A DNA stretch of 64,000 nt from positions 3,706-67,705 of the forward strand of contig NZ_JAPYPS010000016.1 in NCBI RefSeq assembly GCF_029937575.1, written 5' to 3'. The position numbers were made by a program, and so were the translations under genes. This document shows positions 9,001 through 16,061 of the stretch, piece after piece; the first letter of the stretch is position 1, and the number at the start of each line of letters is the position of its first letter. Under the pieces are notes generated by a model. The model made no database searches. It was not told the DNA's origin and saw nothing but the letters and a program-made list of their open reading frames with translations. This stretch comes from Nocardioides sp. GTDB lineage: Bacteria; Actinomycetota; Actinomycetes; Propionibacteriales; Nocardioidaceae.

Positions 9001-11822
9001 CGGGTCCACCGCAGCGCGTGGTCGGCCGGGTCGGTCTCGGCCACGGCGGGGAAGCCCACTCGGTTGTGGTCGGAGGTGACCAGGTTGAGGCCGTAGCTGT
9101 CGATCTGCTCGTGGTTGGCTCCCGCGATCCAGCTCACCGTGTTGCCGTTGGTGCCGGTCGCGTGCGAGTACACCGAGCCCGAGTAGACGACGTTGCCGGA
9201 GATGTCCTGCCCGTCGGCTCCGGCGCCGCCGTAGTTCACCAGCACGCCGGCGTTCATGTTGGCGCCCCCCGCCCCGTTCTCGGACATGTGGCTGCTGGAC
9301 GGGTCGGCGGCGACGAGGTTGTTGGTGACCGTCGAGAAGGCCCCGTGGTAGCCGACGAAGGCGCTGACGTACTTGCCCGCGCTGTACACCGTGGTGGCGC
9401 CGCCGATCATGCTGTTGGACACGGTCGTCGGCTGGTCCGTCGTCCCGTCGATCCTCGAGACGAACCCGGCGTCGAAGGAATTCTCTCCCTCCGAGCTCTC
9501 GTTTCGCACCGTCGCGTCGCGCACGGCGACACGGTCGATCGTCGAGCTCGTCGCCTGGGTCGACAGGCCCGCGGTGACCGCCGAGGTGGCGTCCGGCGCC
9601 AGCGTCGTGCCCGACTTCAGTGCCGTGGCCTGGTCCAGCGTGAGGCCGACGACCGTGGCGCCGTCGAGCACCGCGAAGAAGGCAACGCGCTCGGTGCTGC
9701 CGTCGACCCACGGCGTGTAGACGAGGTTGCTGATCGTGTGGCCGCCACCGTCGAAGACGCCCGAGAAGCGGTGGAAGCCGGCGAACTCGGCGCCGGCGTA
9801 GCTCAGGTGCTCGGTGAGCTCCACGTGACGCGGGCCGAACGTCTCGTAGTCGCTGTTGACGGCGGCTGCCACGGCGTCGAGCGCGGCGACGTCGCCGACC
9901 AGGTAGGGGCTGGCCTCGGTGCCCTCGCCGACGACGCCGGCGATCTCCACCGGCTCGAGGATCCAGGTGGCGGTGTAGGAGCGCGCCCCCGACGAGCCGG
10001 ACGGGATCGTGACGGTCGTCGTGGGCCCGTCCAGGCCGGTCCCGGTCCAGCCGCCGAAGGTGTAGCCGGCTCGGGTCGGGTTGGCGAGCACGATGTCGTC
10101 GTCGCTCTCGATGTACGTCTCCGGGTTGTCTTCGGTGGCCACGCCGCCGGCGAGGTCGTAGGTGATCGCGTGGCCCGAGATCCACGTGGCGGTGTAGCTG
10201 CGGTCGCCGGTGGAGCCGGACTCGATGGTCACCGTCTCGGCGGGCTCGCCGAGGTCGGTGCCGGTCCAGCCGCCGAACGAGTGGCCGGGGCGAGTCGGCG
10301 TCTCGAGGGTGAGGTCATCGCTCTCGATGGTGTAGGTCGCCGGCGCCGGGTTCTCCACGGAGCCGCCGGCGAGGTCGACGTCGAGCACGTAGTCGGTCAG
10401 GGCCCAGCTCGCGACGTACTCACGGTCGCCGGTCGACCCGGACGCCACGGTGACCTCGAGCGTCGCCTCGGCGAGACCGGTCCCGGTCCACCCGGTGAAG
10501 GTGTGGCCGGGGCGGGTCGGCGGAAGGATCGTGAGGTCGGCGTCCTCGGAGGTGTACGCCGTCGGGTTGGCGCCGTTCGCACCGCCGTCGAGGACGTAGG
10601 AGATCTCGTCGAAGCCGTCGAGGTCGGCGCGCGCGGGGACCGGGTGATCCAGCTCCGCCGCCCAGCGCCAGCCGCCGGTGCCGGCGGCGAAGTCCCAGCC
10701 GAGGTCCTCGTAGGTCGCCTGCTCGGCGAGCTGCTCGGGGCTGGTGTAGGTGCCCAGGTCGCCCACGGTCCAGCTGCCCGTCTCCGAGAGCGGGGTCGAG
10801 CCCAGCCAGAGCAGGTCGTAGGGGTTCGGCTCGGGCGCGACGGTGTCCCCGACCGGGTCGGCCGGGTCGATGTTGTTGTCGGAGCTGACCAGGTTGTCCG
10901 AGGAGGTGCACCCGTTGGCAGAGCGGACCCAGCCGTAGCCGGCCGAGGCCACCTGCTCGACGAGCCCGGACACCACCACGTTGCCGGTGATGTCACCCAG
11001 GCATGCGGTGTGGCCGGTGATCATCGCGGCGCCGGCGCCGGCGTTGCCGTGGTGAGCGACGGAGGCGTCGACGACGAGGTTGTCCGAGACCGTGGCCGCA
11101 CTGTTCTGCCAGCCGACCACCCCGCCGACGCGCTTGTCCCCCGACACGGTCGTGCCCGAGAGCAGGTTGCCGCTGATCGTGGTCGAGGCCCCACCGAGGC
11201 TCTTGCCGACCAGGCCACCGACGGCCGAGGAGTTGTCGGTGTTGTCCGGTGAGCTCACCACCGAGTCGACCAACGACGATCCCGTCACCGTGCCACCGGC
11301 GCTGCGGGCGGCGAACCCACCCACCTGGACGCGGGTGCTCGAGCCACCCACCGCCGCCGCGGTCGCCCGCTTCAACGTCAGGTCCTCGATGACGCCGCCC
11401 GACAGCACCTGCACGAAACCGGTCTGAGTGGCGTTGGCGTCTGCGGAGTCGGTGGTCGTGCCCGGTCGCATCGTCACGTCGCTGATCTCGTGGGCGTTGC
11501 CGTCGAAGACCCCGGAGAACTCCCGGAACGTCTCGAACGTGCCACCGGCGTAGTCGATGTCGGCCCCCAGGCGATAGCTGAGCGATCCGTACGTCGAGGT
11601 GTCTCCGTTGACGTTGGCAGCTGCCGCGTCGAGGTCCGCAGCCGACCGGATCACGATCGGATCGGCCGTCGTGCCCGAGCCCGTCAAGCCGTCGATGACG
11701 GCTGCCACGGCCGGGGCGGGGGCAACGACGGCCAGGCCACCGCTGCCGACCGCGAGACCGAGGACTGCGACGCCGAGGCGTGCGAGGAAACGGGGGGCCC
11801 GTCCGGGCTCCGGGTGTGACAT
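6060..11822 (-). CDS. Giant secreted surface protein with three GLUG-type modules, 3+5 Listeria-Bacteroides (Flg_new-type) repeats, an Ig-like segment and a Lys-rich Ig-like C-terminus
   Basis: The ORF track gives 6060..11891. I prefer ATG 11822 (MSHPEPGRAPRFLARLGVAVLGLAV, signal-peptide-like). Motifs include FSGVFDGNAH / FSGVFDGGGH / FSGTLDGNGH module starts, GGLVGK / GGLAGK turns, and the repeated NPTR(A/V)GY(T/A)F(A/G)GW(T/S)G. It lies 8 bp upstream of the next gene. Confidence 0.85.
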   Translation of the reverse strand: MSHPEPGRAPRFLARLGVAVLGLAVGSGGLAVVAPAPAVAAVIDGLTGSGTTADPIVIRSAADLDAAAANVNGDTSTYGSLSYRLGADIDYAGGTFETFREFSGVFDGNAHEISDVTMRPGTTTDSADANATQTGFVQVLSGGVIEDLTLKRATAAAVGGSSTRVQVGGFAARSAGGTVTGSSLVDSVVSSPDNTDNSSAVGGLVGKSLGGASTTISGNLLSGTTVSGDKRVGGVVGWQNSAATVSDNLVVDASVAHHGNAGAGAAMITGHTACLGDITGNVVVSGLVEQVASAGYGWVRSANGCTSSDNLVSSDNNIDPADPVGDTVAPEPNPYDLLWLGSTPLSETGSWTVGDLGTYTSPEQLAEQATYEDLGWDFAAGTGGWRWAAELDHPVPARADLDGFDEISYVLDGGANGANPTAYTSEDADLTILPPTRPGHTFTGWTGTGLAEATLEVTVASGSTGDREYVASWALTDYVLDVDLAGGSVENPAPATYTIESDDLTLETPTRPGHSFGGWTGTDLGEPAETVTIESGSTGDRSYTATWISGHAITYDLAGGVATEDNPETYIESDDDIVLANPTRAGYTFGGWTGTGLDGPTTTVTIPSGSSGARSYTATWILEPVEIAGVVGEGTEASPYLVGDVAALDAVAAAVNSDYETFGPRHVELTEHLSYAGAEFAGFHRFSGVFDGGGHTISNLVYTPWVDGSTERVAFFAVLDGATVVGLTLDQATALKSGTTLAPDATSAVTAGLSTQATSSTIDRVAVRDATVRNESSEGENSFDAGFVSRIDGTTDQPTTVSNSMIGGATTVYSAGKYVSAFVGYHGAFSTVTNNLVAADPSSSHMSENGAGGANMNAGVLVNYGGAGADGQDISGNVVYSGSVYSHATGTNGNTVSWIAGANHEQIDSYGLNLVTSDHNRVGFPAVAETDPADHALRWTRRSGGGYAHDAPNKWVLGNDGTSTPSEELRTPAPYEDLGWDFETVWAWDAEAEHPVLRAAAEPVVELPVIAVVTSTTSYQVGSSPTVAELLARFGATVDRGTLDVDVSDVDFTVPGSYPATVTAADGDDIAVPSPVTIVVSELAGEGTEGSPYVVGSAADLDAAASMVNADTEQSGAGAAWFELSGDIDYDGGTFATFDRFSGTLDGNGHTISDLTLEPGAVADAGDAGSTQTGFIRHLEGTIRDLTLRELTSLTTGGSSDRVQQAGFAARIDGATITGSALIGSTVRSPDNTDNSSGVGGLAGKAVGGGNTLVGNLLAGVTINGDKRVGGAIGWANGDAAVSQTLVLDTSITQNGSSGAGAAFLNGHSSCSGTLTGNVVLSGAIRQSSPANYGWIRTAASGCESTGNLVNANNNIDAQAPVGHTDAPTPNPYDVFWSGSTTLDTVGAWTLGDLGTYTSREELADQATYEALGWDFSSEVGAWRWDEEREHPLPRGVSMPSVDLDLDLAGGTDDGANPATHGYATDTTLVNPTRVGYTFAGWSGPSVDGSALAVTLPRYPTTALRFTATWTPVSYAVSYDLAGGSVEGNPMSYTIESDQFTLVNPTRAGYTFAGWTGTDIDGTSADVAVASGSTGTRSYTATWTPIGYAISYDLAGGTAGGINPTSYNVESEEFSLVNPTRAGYAFAGWTGTDLNGAVTTVVVAAGSSEARSYTATWTPVVHTIIYELADDEGFDGPAPGTYTIESDEITLPTPVRAGYEFAGWTGTDLAGPTLVVTIPSGSTGLRSYAPTWHQVHSISYDLAGGTAPEGNPTSYTVTSAPLTILNPTRTGYDFAGWAGLGETSTALVIPTGTAGDLVLTATWKKQAKVASRVSLSYVKKTKGKKRPTQVKALVPQAAGLDAPSGRIFVKVTGKVTKGAGGKKRKVRVTKKVTTTLEAGTSTAKLPKSLPRGTYKVTARYRGDQFYAKATSKALSYTHKK

Positions 11823-12058
11823 GGGGGCTCTCTCCACTGGATGTCGCGCACGACCGAGTCCCGACGGGGCTGCCGGGCAGGAGGAACTCAACTGACTCCG
11901 GGTAACCGTCGGCGAGGTGCTCGCGACCGGATTGCGAGGACCAGATGAACAAGCGTCTTAGCGCTGCGGGAGGCCTCTGCCCAGAACGCCCGTCGGATCA
12001 CTCGCCGTTCACGGGGTGTCCACCGCGGCGTCGGCCGGCTGTGGTGTCGTCCGCTGCG

Positions 12059-12796
12059 ATGAGACGACCAGGAGGGCTCCGGCGCGCGGCGATCACCTCG
12101 GCAGCGGGGGTGCTCGTCTGGTGCGCCACAACCCCGGCGGCGGTGGCGCACCCCTTCGGCGATCCCCAGTCGGCCGAGATCAGCGTGACACCGCAGGGAC
12201 TGCGCATCACCTGGAACGCCGCCGTCGACGACCTCGGCCTCCTGGCTGCCTGGATCGGGGCGAGCGACGGCACGGGCAGCCTCATGGTCTTCGAGGACGG
12301 CGAATTCCTCGAGGACGAGTCGACGGAGCTCCCCGGGGCCCAGCTGGCCCGCGCCCCGCAGCTCGCCGACTACCTCCTCGACCGGATCGAGGTCAGCGCT
12401 GCCGGAGAGGTCTGCGCGGGCGAGCTGCTCCACGTCGACGACGTCGAGACGTCGGGGGCCACGCTCGACTTCGACTGCGGTGGGCCGGTGCCTGCTGCGG
12501 ACGTCCGGATCGCCACGCTCACCGACATCGACGATACCTACCGGATCCTCGCCGCAGGGCCCCACGGACAGGGTCATCTGTACTCGACCGTCGCCGCCGT
12601 CCATCGTTGGGTCCTCAGGGACGCACCGGTCACGAGCAGCCCGGGAGCCGGCGCAGCGGAGACCACTGCTCCCGCGGCAGGGCCGGAGAGCCGAGCACAC
12701 AGCGCGATGACCCAGCTGGGGAGCATCGGTGTGGGCGTCGTGGTTGCCGTCGGGGTCGCCCTGCACGTGGCCCGTCGCCGACGGAGCAGGACGTGA
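12059..12796 (+). CDS. Hypothetical secreted protein with a C-terminal membrane anchor
   Basis: ORF 11945..12796. The in-frame ATG 12059 gives MRRPGGLRRAAITSAAGVLVWCATTPAAVA / HPFGDPQ (signal peptide, AVA-H cleavage-like). The C-terminus LGSIGVGVVVAVGVALHVARRRRSRT is a TM segment plus basic tail. GC3 is strongly high in this frame. Confidence 0.6.
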   Translation: MRRPGGLRRAAITSAAGVLVWCATTPAAVAHPFGDPQSAEISVTPQGLRITWNAAVDDLGLLAAWIGASDGTGSLMVFEDGEFLEDESTELPGAQLARAPQLADYLLDRIEVSAAGEVCAGELLHVDDVETSGATLDFDCGGPVPAADVRIATLTDIDDTYRILAAGPHGQGHLYSTVAAVHRWVLRDAPVTSSPGAGAAETTAPAAGPESRAHSAMTQLGSIGVGVVVAVGVALHVARRRRSRT

Positions 12797-12835
12797 TCGG
12801 CTGCGCCGGGTCTCGTGGTCGGTGGAGCGAGTGAG

Positions 12836-14539
12836 TCAGCCGGGCTGCTCGGCCTCGACCGCACGAGCCGCCGCCCACCGGTAGTCCGCCTTTCCGGAGG
12901 GCGAGCGCTCCACCTTCGCCACCCGGACGAACCCCTTGGGCACCTTGTAGCCCGCGACGTGGCGACCACACTCGGCCCGCAGTTCCTCGTCGGTGACGCT
13001 CGCGCCGTCATGGAGCTGGACGACGGCGACGACCTCGCTCCCCCACCGTGGCGAGGGCCGGCCGACGACCACCACGTCACGCACCGCGGGGTGCTCGACG
13101 ATCGCCCGCTCCACCTCCTCGACGAAGATCTTCTCGCCGCCGGAGTTGATGGTGACGCTGTCGCGTCCGAGCAGCGCGATCCGGCCGTCCTCGAGAAGGT
13201 CGGCTCGATCGCCCGGGACCGACCAGCGCACGCCCGCGATCGTCGGGAAGGTCCGCGCCGTCTTCTCGGCGTCGCCCAGGTAGCCCAGCGGGACGCGGTC
13301 GCGGCGCGCCAACCAGCCTCCGGACTCCCCGGGCTCGAAGGTCCGCGACATCGCCTCGTCGACCACGGTCGTGTCGGCCTGGGGGGTGAAGGTCGCGGCC
13401 TCCACCTCGGCACCCTTCAGCGACATCGAGCTCATCTGCAGCCCGGTCTCCGACGAGCCGGCTGCGTCCATCAGCAGGATGTGGGGCAGCGCCTCCAGGA
13501 TGCGGGTGCGCACGCTCGGGGTGAGCGGCGCGCTGCCGTTGTTGATGGCCGCCAGCCCGCTCAGGTCGTACGGCGTGCCTGCCGCCGCCGCGCGCTCGAC
13601 CTCCTCGACGAGCGGGAGCGCGACGGCGTCACCGACCACGGGGAAGCTGACCGCCTTCTCCCGGATCGCCACGGTGAGCGCGCCGGCCGCGTCGAAGCGG
13701 TGCACGTCGTCCGGGATCACGATGCTCCCGCCACCGGTGATCATGTGGAAGGTCGACCACTGGGCGGCACCGTGCATGAACGGCGCCACCAGCAGCATCG
13801 TCATCCGGCCCGCACCCGACGCGGCGTGCTCCGCGACGGCGTCGTACGACTCGAACGGCTCGGTGCCACCGAAGACCGTGCCGCCCATCGAGGAGACGTA
13901 GATGTCGTCGTGGCGCCACAGGACACCCTTGGGCATCCCGGTCGTCCCGCCGGTGTAGAGGATGAAGAGGTCGTCCCCACACGGGGTCGGCATCCCCGCG
14001 GGGGGCGCCGGCGTGACCAGCACCGCCTCGTAGTCGAGGGCTCCCGGGAGCAGGTCGTTGCCGCTCTCGTCGGCCACCTGGACGAGGACGCGCAGGTGCG
14101 GCAGCCGGTCGCGGATCGCCGCGACCTGGGGTGCGAACTCGGCGTGGTAGACGAGCACACTCGTGCGGGCGTCGGCGAGGAGGTAGACCAGCTCGTCGGC
14201 GACGTAGCGGTAGTTGACGTTGATCGCCGCGCACCGAGCCCGGTAGGAGGCGACCATCGCCTCGAGGTACTCGTTGCCGTTGCGCAGGTAGATGCCGACG
14301 TGGTCCTGCCCCGACTCGTGGCCGGCGAGCGCGGAGCCGGTCCGCTCCGTGTGGCAGCCGAGCCCCTGGGCGACCAGGTGGTGCGCGAGGCCGTCGATGC
14401 GTGCGTTCATCGCGGCGTACGTGATCCGCTGCTCGCGCCAGACCATCACCTCCTGGTCGGGGACCGCCCGCGCCACGGTGTCGAAGACGGTGGAGAGGTT
14501 GAATCCTCCGGTGACGGGCTGCGAGGTGACCATCGCCAC
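12836..14539 (-). CDS. AMP-dependent acyl-CoA synthetase, FadD19-like (steroid/fatty-acid CoA ligase family)
   Basis: Motifs LYTGGTTGMPKGVLWRHDDIY, INSGGEKIF, GYKVPKGF and SPSGKADYRWA. The start is GTG 14539 or ATG 14533. A KstR-type box lies 3 nt upstream. Confidence 0.88.
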   Translation of the reverse strand: MAMVTSQPVTGGFNLSTVFDTVARAVPDQEVMVWREQRITYAAMNARIDGLAHHLVAQGLGCHTERTGSALAGHESGQDHVGIYLRNGNEYLEAMVASYRARCAAINVNYRYVADELVYLLADARTSVLVYHAEFAPQVAAIRDRLPHLRVLVQVADESGNDLLPGALDYEAVLVTPAPPAGMPTPCGDDLFILYTGGTTGMPKGVLWRHDDIYVSSMGGTVFGGTEPFESYDAVAEHAASGAGRMTMLLVAPFMHGAAQWSTFHMITGGGSIVIPDDVHRFDAAGALTVAIREKAVSFPVVGDAVALPLVEEVERAAAAGTPYDLSGLAAINNGSAPLTPSVRTRILEALPHILLMDAAGSSETGLQMSSMSLKGAEVEAATFTPQADTTVVDEAMSRTFEPGESGGWLARRDRVPLGYLGDAEKTARTFPTIAGVRWSVPGDRADLLEDGRIALLGRDSVTINSGGEKIFVEEVERAIVEHPAVRDVVVVGRPSPRWGSEVVAVVQLHDGASVTDEELRAECGRHVAGYKVPKGFVRVAKVERSPSGKADYRWAAARAVEAEQPG

Positions 14540-14542
14540 AAA

Positions 14543-14558
14543 CTAGAACGCGTTCTAG
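14543..14558. promoter_or_regulatory. KstR-type operator (CTAGAACGCGTTCTAG), perfect 16-bp palindrome
   Basis: Fits TnnAACnnGTTnnA. It lies 3 nt upstream of the FadD19-like start, in the divergent region shared with the antiporter gene. Confidence 0.65.
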
Positions 14559-14661
14559 GATGCGGCAACCGCGGGCCGACGGCACGGACTCTGCGGGAGC
14601 CCGAGCCACGCGTGCCCGACGACCCCGTAGATTCAGGACCCATGCGCGCCAGGACGTCTCG

Positions 14662-15984
14662 GTGACAGCCGATCTCGTCTACCTCGTCGCCGGAGGCTGC
14701 CTGCTGCTGGCCGTGGTCATGCCGACCCTCCTCGGCCGCGCACCCGTCACGTCGCCGATGATCCTGGTCGGCCTGGGCATGCTCCTGGGCACGACCCCGT
14801 TGCCCGACGACCTCCCGCTCAACCCGCAGGAGAACCGCGCCGCCATCGAGCACGTCACCGAGCTCACGGTGATCGTGGCCCTGATGGGCGTGGGCCTCGC
14901 CCTCGACCGGCCCCTCGACCTGCGCCGGCGGGCCTCGCGGTGCGCCTGGTCGCCCACGTGGCGACTCCTCGGCGTCGCGATGCCACTGTCGATCGCCGGC
15001 GTGGCCCTGCTGGGCTGGTGGGCGGGCCTCGCACCGGCCGTCGCCCTGCTGCTCGGCGCCGTCCTCGCACCGACGGACCCGGTCCTCGCCTCCGACGTCC
15101 AGGTCGAAGGCCCCTCGACCTCGGACCAGGAGGCGGTCGACGACTGCGAGCCCATCGACGAGGACGACGAGGTCCGCTTCGCGCTCACCTCCGAGGCCGG
15201 CCTGAACGACGGCCTCGCCTTCCCGTTCGTCTACCTCGCGGTCCTGGTCGCGGCACCGTCCTCCCTCGTGGCCACCACCGCGGAGTGGGTCGGCTGGTAC
15301 CTGGTCGGCAAGGTCGTCCTCGGCCTGCTCGTCGGCGCCGTCCTGGGCTGGGGACTGGCCCGGTTCGCCTTCAGCTCCTCCAGTCCTGCCCTCCGCGTGG
15401 CCGAGCGTGGCGAACCCTTGCTGGCGGTCGCGGCGCTGACCCTGGCGTACGGCGTGTCGGAGGTGGCAGGCGGCTACGGCTTCCTCGCGGTGTTCGCGTG
15501 CGCCCTGGCCTTCCGGGCAGCCGAGCGACAGCACGCCTACCACCGCGCCATGCACGAGGTGGTCGACCGCCTCGAGCGGCTCCTGACCCTGTTCGTCCTG
15601 CTGGTCCTCGGGATCGCCCTGACTCGCGGACTGCTCGTCGCCCTCGACTGGCGCGGCGTGGCCATCGGCCTGGCCCTCATCCTGCTCGTGCGTCCCCTCG
15701 CCGCCTGGGTCGCCCTGAGCGTGCGCCCACCCGCGGCCGACCTACGCGGCGGCATGACCGGTCCCGAGCGGCTGGTCACGGCCTTCTTCGGGGTGCGCGG
15801 CGTGGGCTCGCTCTACTACCTCGCCTACGCGGCAGGCGAGGTCGAGGAGTTCGGGCAGGGGTGGCTGTGGTCGACCGTCGGCTTCACGGTGGTCGCCTCG
15901 GTGCTGATCCACGGCTCGCTGGCCGGACCCGCGATGAGCTGGCTGGAGCGACGCGACCACGCCACGACGGAGCCGAGCGACTGA
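14662..15984 (+). CDS. Cation:proton antiporter (Na+/H+ exchanger family)
   Basis: ORF 14560..15984 is polytopic and hydrophobic (VYLVAGGCLLLAVVMPTLLGRAPVTSPMILVGLGMLLG ... LNDGLAFPF). The first 34 codons of the ORF are Arg-rich and non-membrane, so I prefer GTG 14662. Confidence 0.8.
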   Translation: MTADLVYLVAGGCLLLAVVMPTLLGRAPVTSPMILVGLGMLLGTTPLPDDLPLNPQENRAAIEHVTELTVIVALMGVGLALDRPLDLRRRASRCAWSPTWRLLGVAMPLSIAGVALLGWWAGLAPAVALLLGAVLAPTDPVLASDVQVEGPSTSDQEAVDDCEPIDEDDEVRFALTSEAGLNDGLAFPFVYLAVLVAAPSSLVATTAEWVGWYLVGKVVLGLLVGAVLGWGLARFAFSSSSPALRVAERGEPLLAVAALTLAYGVSEVAGGYGFLAVFACALAFRAAERQHAYHRAMHEVVDRLERLLTLFVLLVLGIALTRGLLVALDWRGVAIGLALILLVRPLAAWVALSVRPPAADLRGGMTGPERLVTAFFGVRGVGSLYYLAYAAGEVEEFGQGWLWSTVGFTVVASVLIHGSLAGPAMSWLERRDHATTEPSD

Positions 15985-16003
15985 GCCGCCGTCCATCGGG
16001 TTA

Positions 16004-16017
16004 TTGACACGCGTCAA
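16004..16017. promoter_or_regulatory. Palindrome TTGAC-ACGC-GTCAA upstream of the FMO operon
   Basis: It lies 45 nt upstream of ATG 16062. The same TTGAC-N4-GTCAA architecture recurs at 29780 and, with one mismatch, at 59752. Confidence 0.5.
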
Positions 16018-16061
16018 CTTGTGGCTAGGATCACACGCAGCCTACCCCGAGGAGACGTCCC

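Noticed and set aside
6615-11252. The + strand ORF of 1545 aa and the nested minus-strand ORFs (e.g. 8323..10185) inside the second giant gene
   Set aside because: They are the same kind of shadow-frame artefact. Only the 6060..11891 frame gives repeated, recognisable domains.
11940-11950. A single good PHO-like unit (GTTCATCTGGT on the minus strand) upstream of the giant phosphoesterase operon
   Set aside because: PhoP sites need at least two phased units, and the adjacent 11-mers on both sides do not match. This is insufficient to claim phosphate control of the giant genes.
14560-14661. The N-terminal 34 codons of the antiporter ORF
   Set aside because: They are Arg-rich, non-hydrophobic and overlap the operator region. 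GTG 14662 gives a normal membrane-protein N-terminus, although the longer form cannot be excluded without data.
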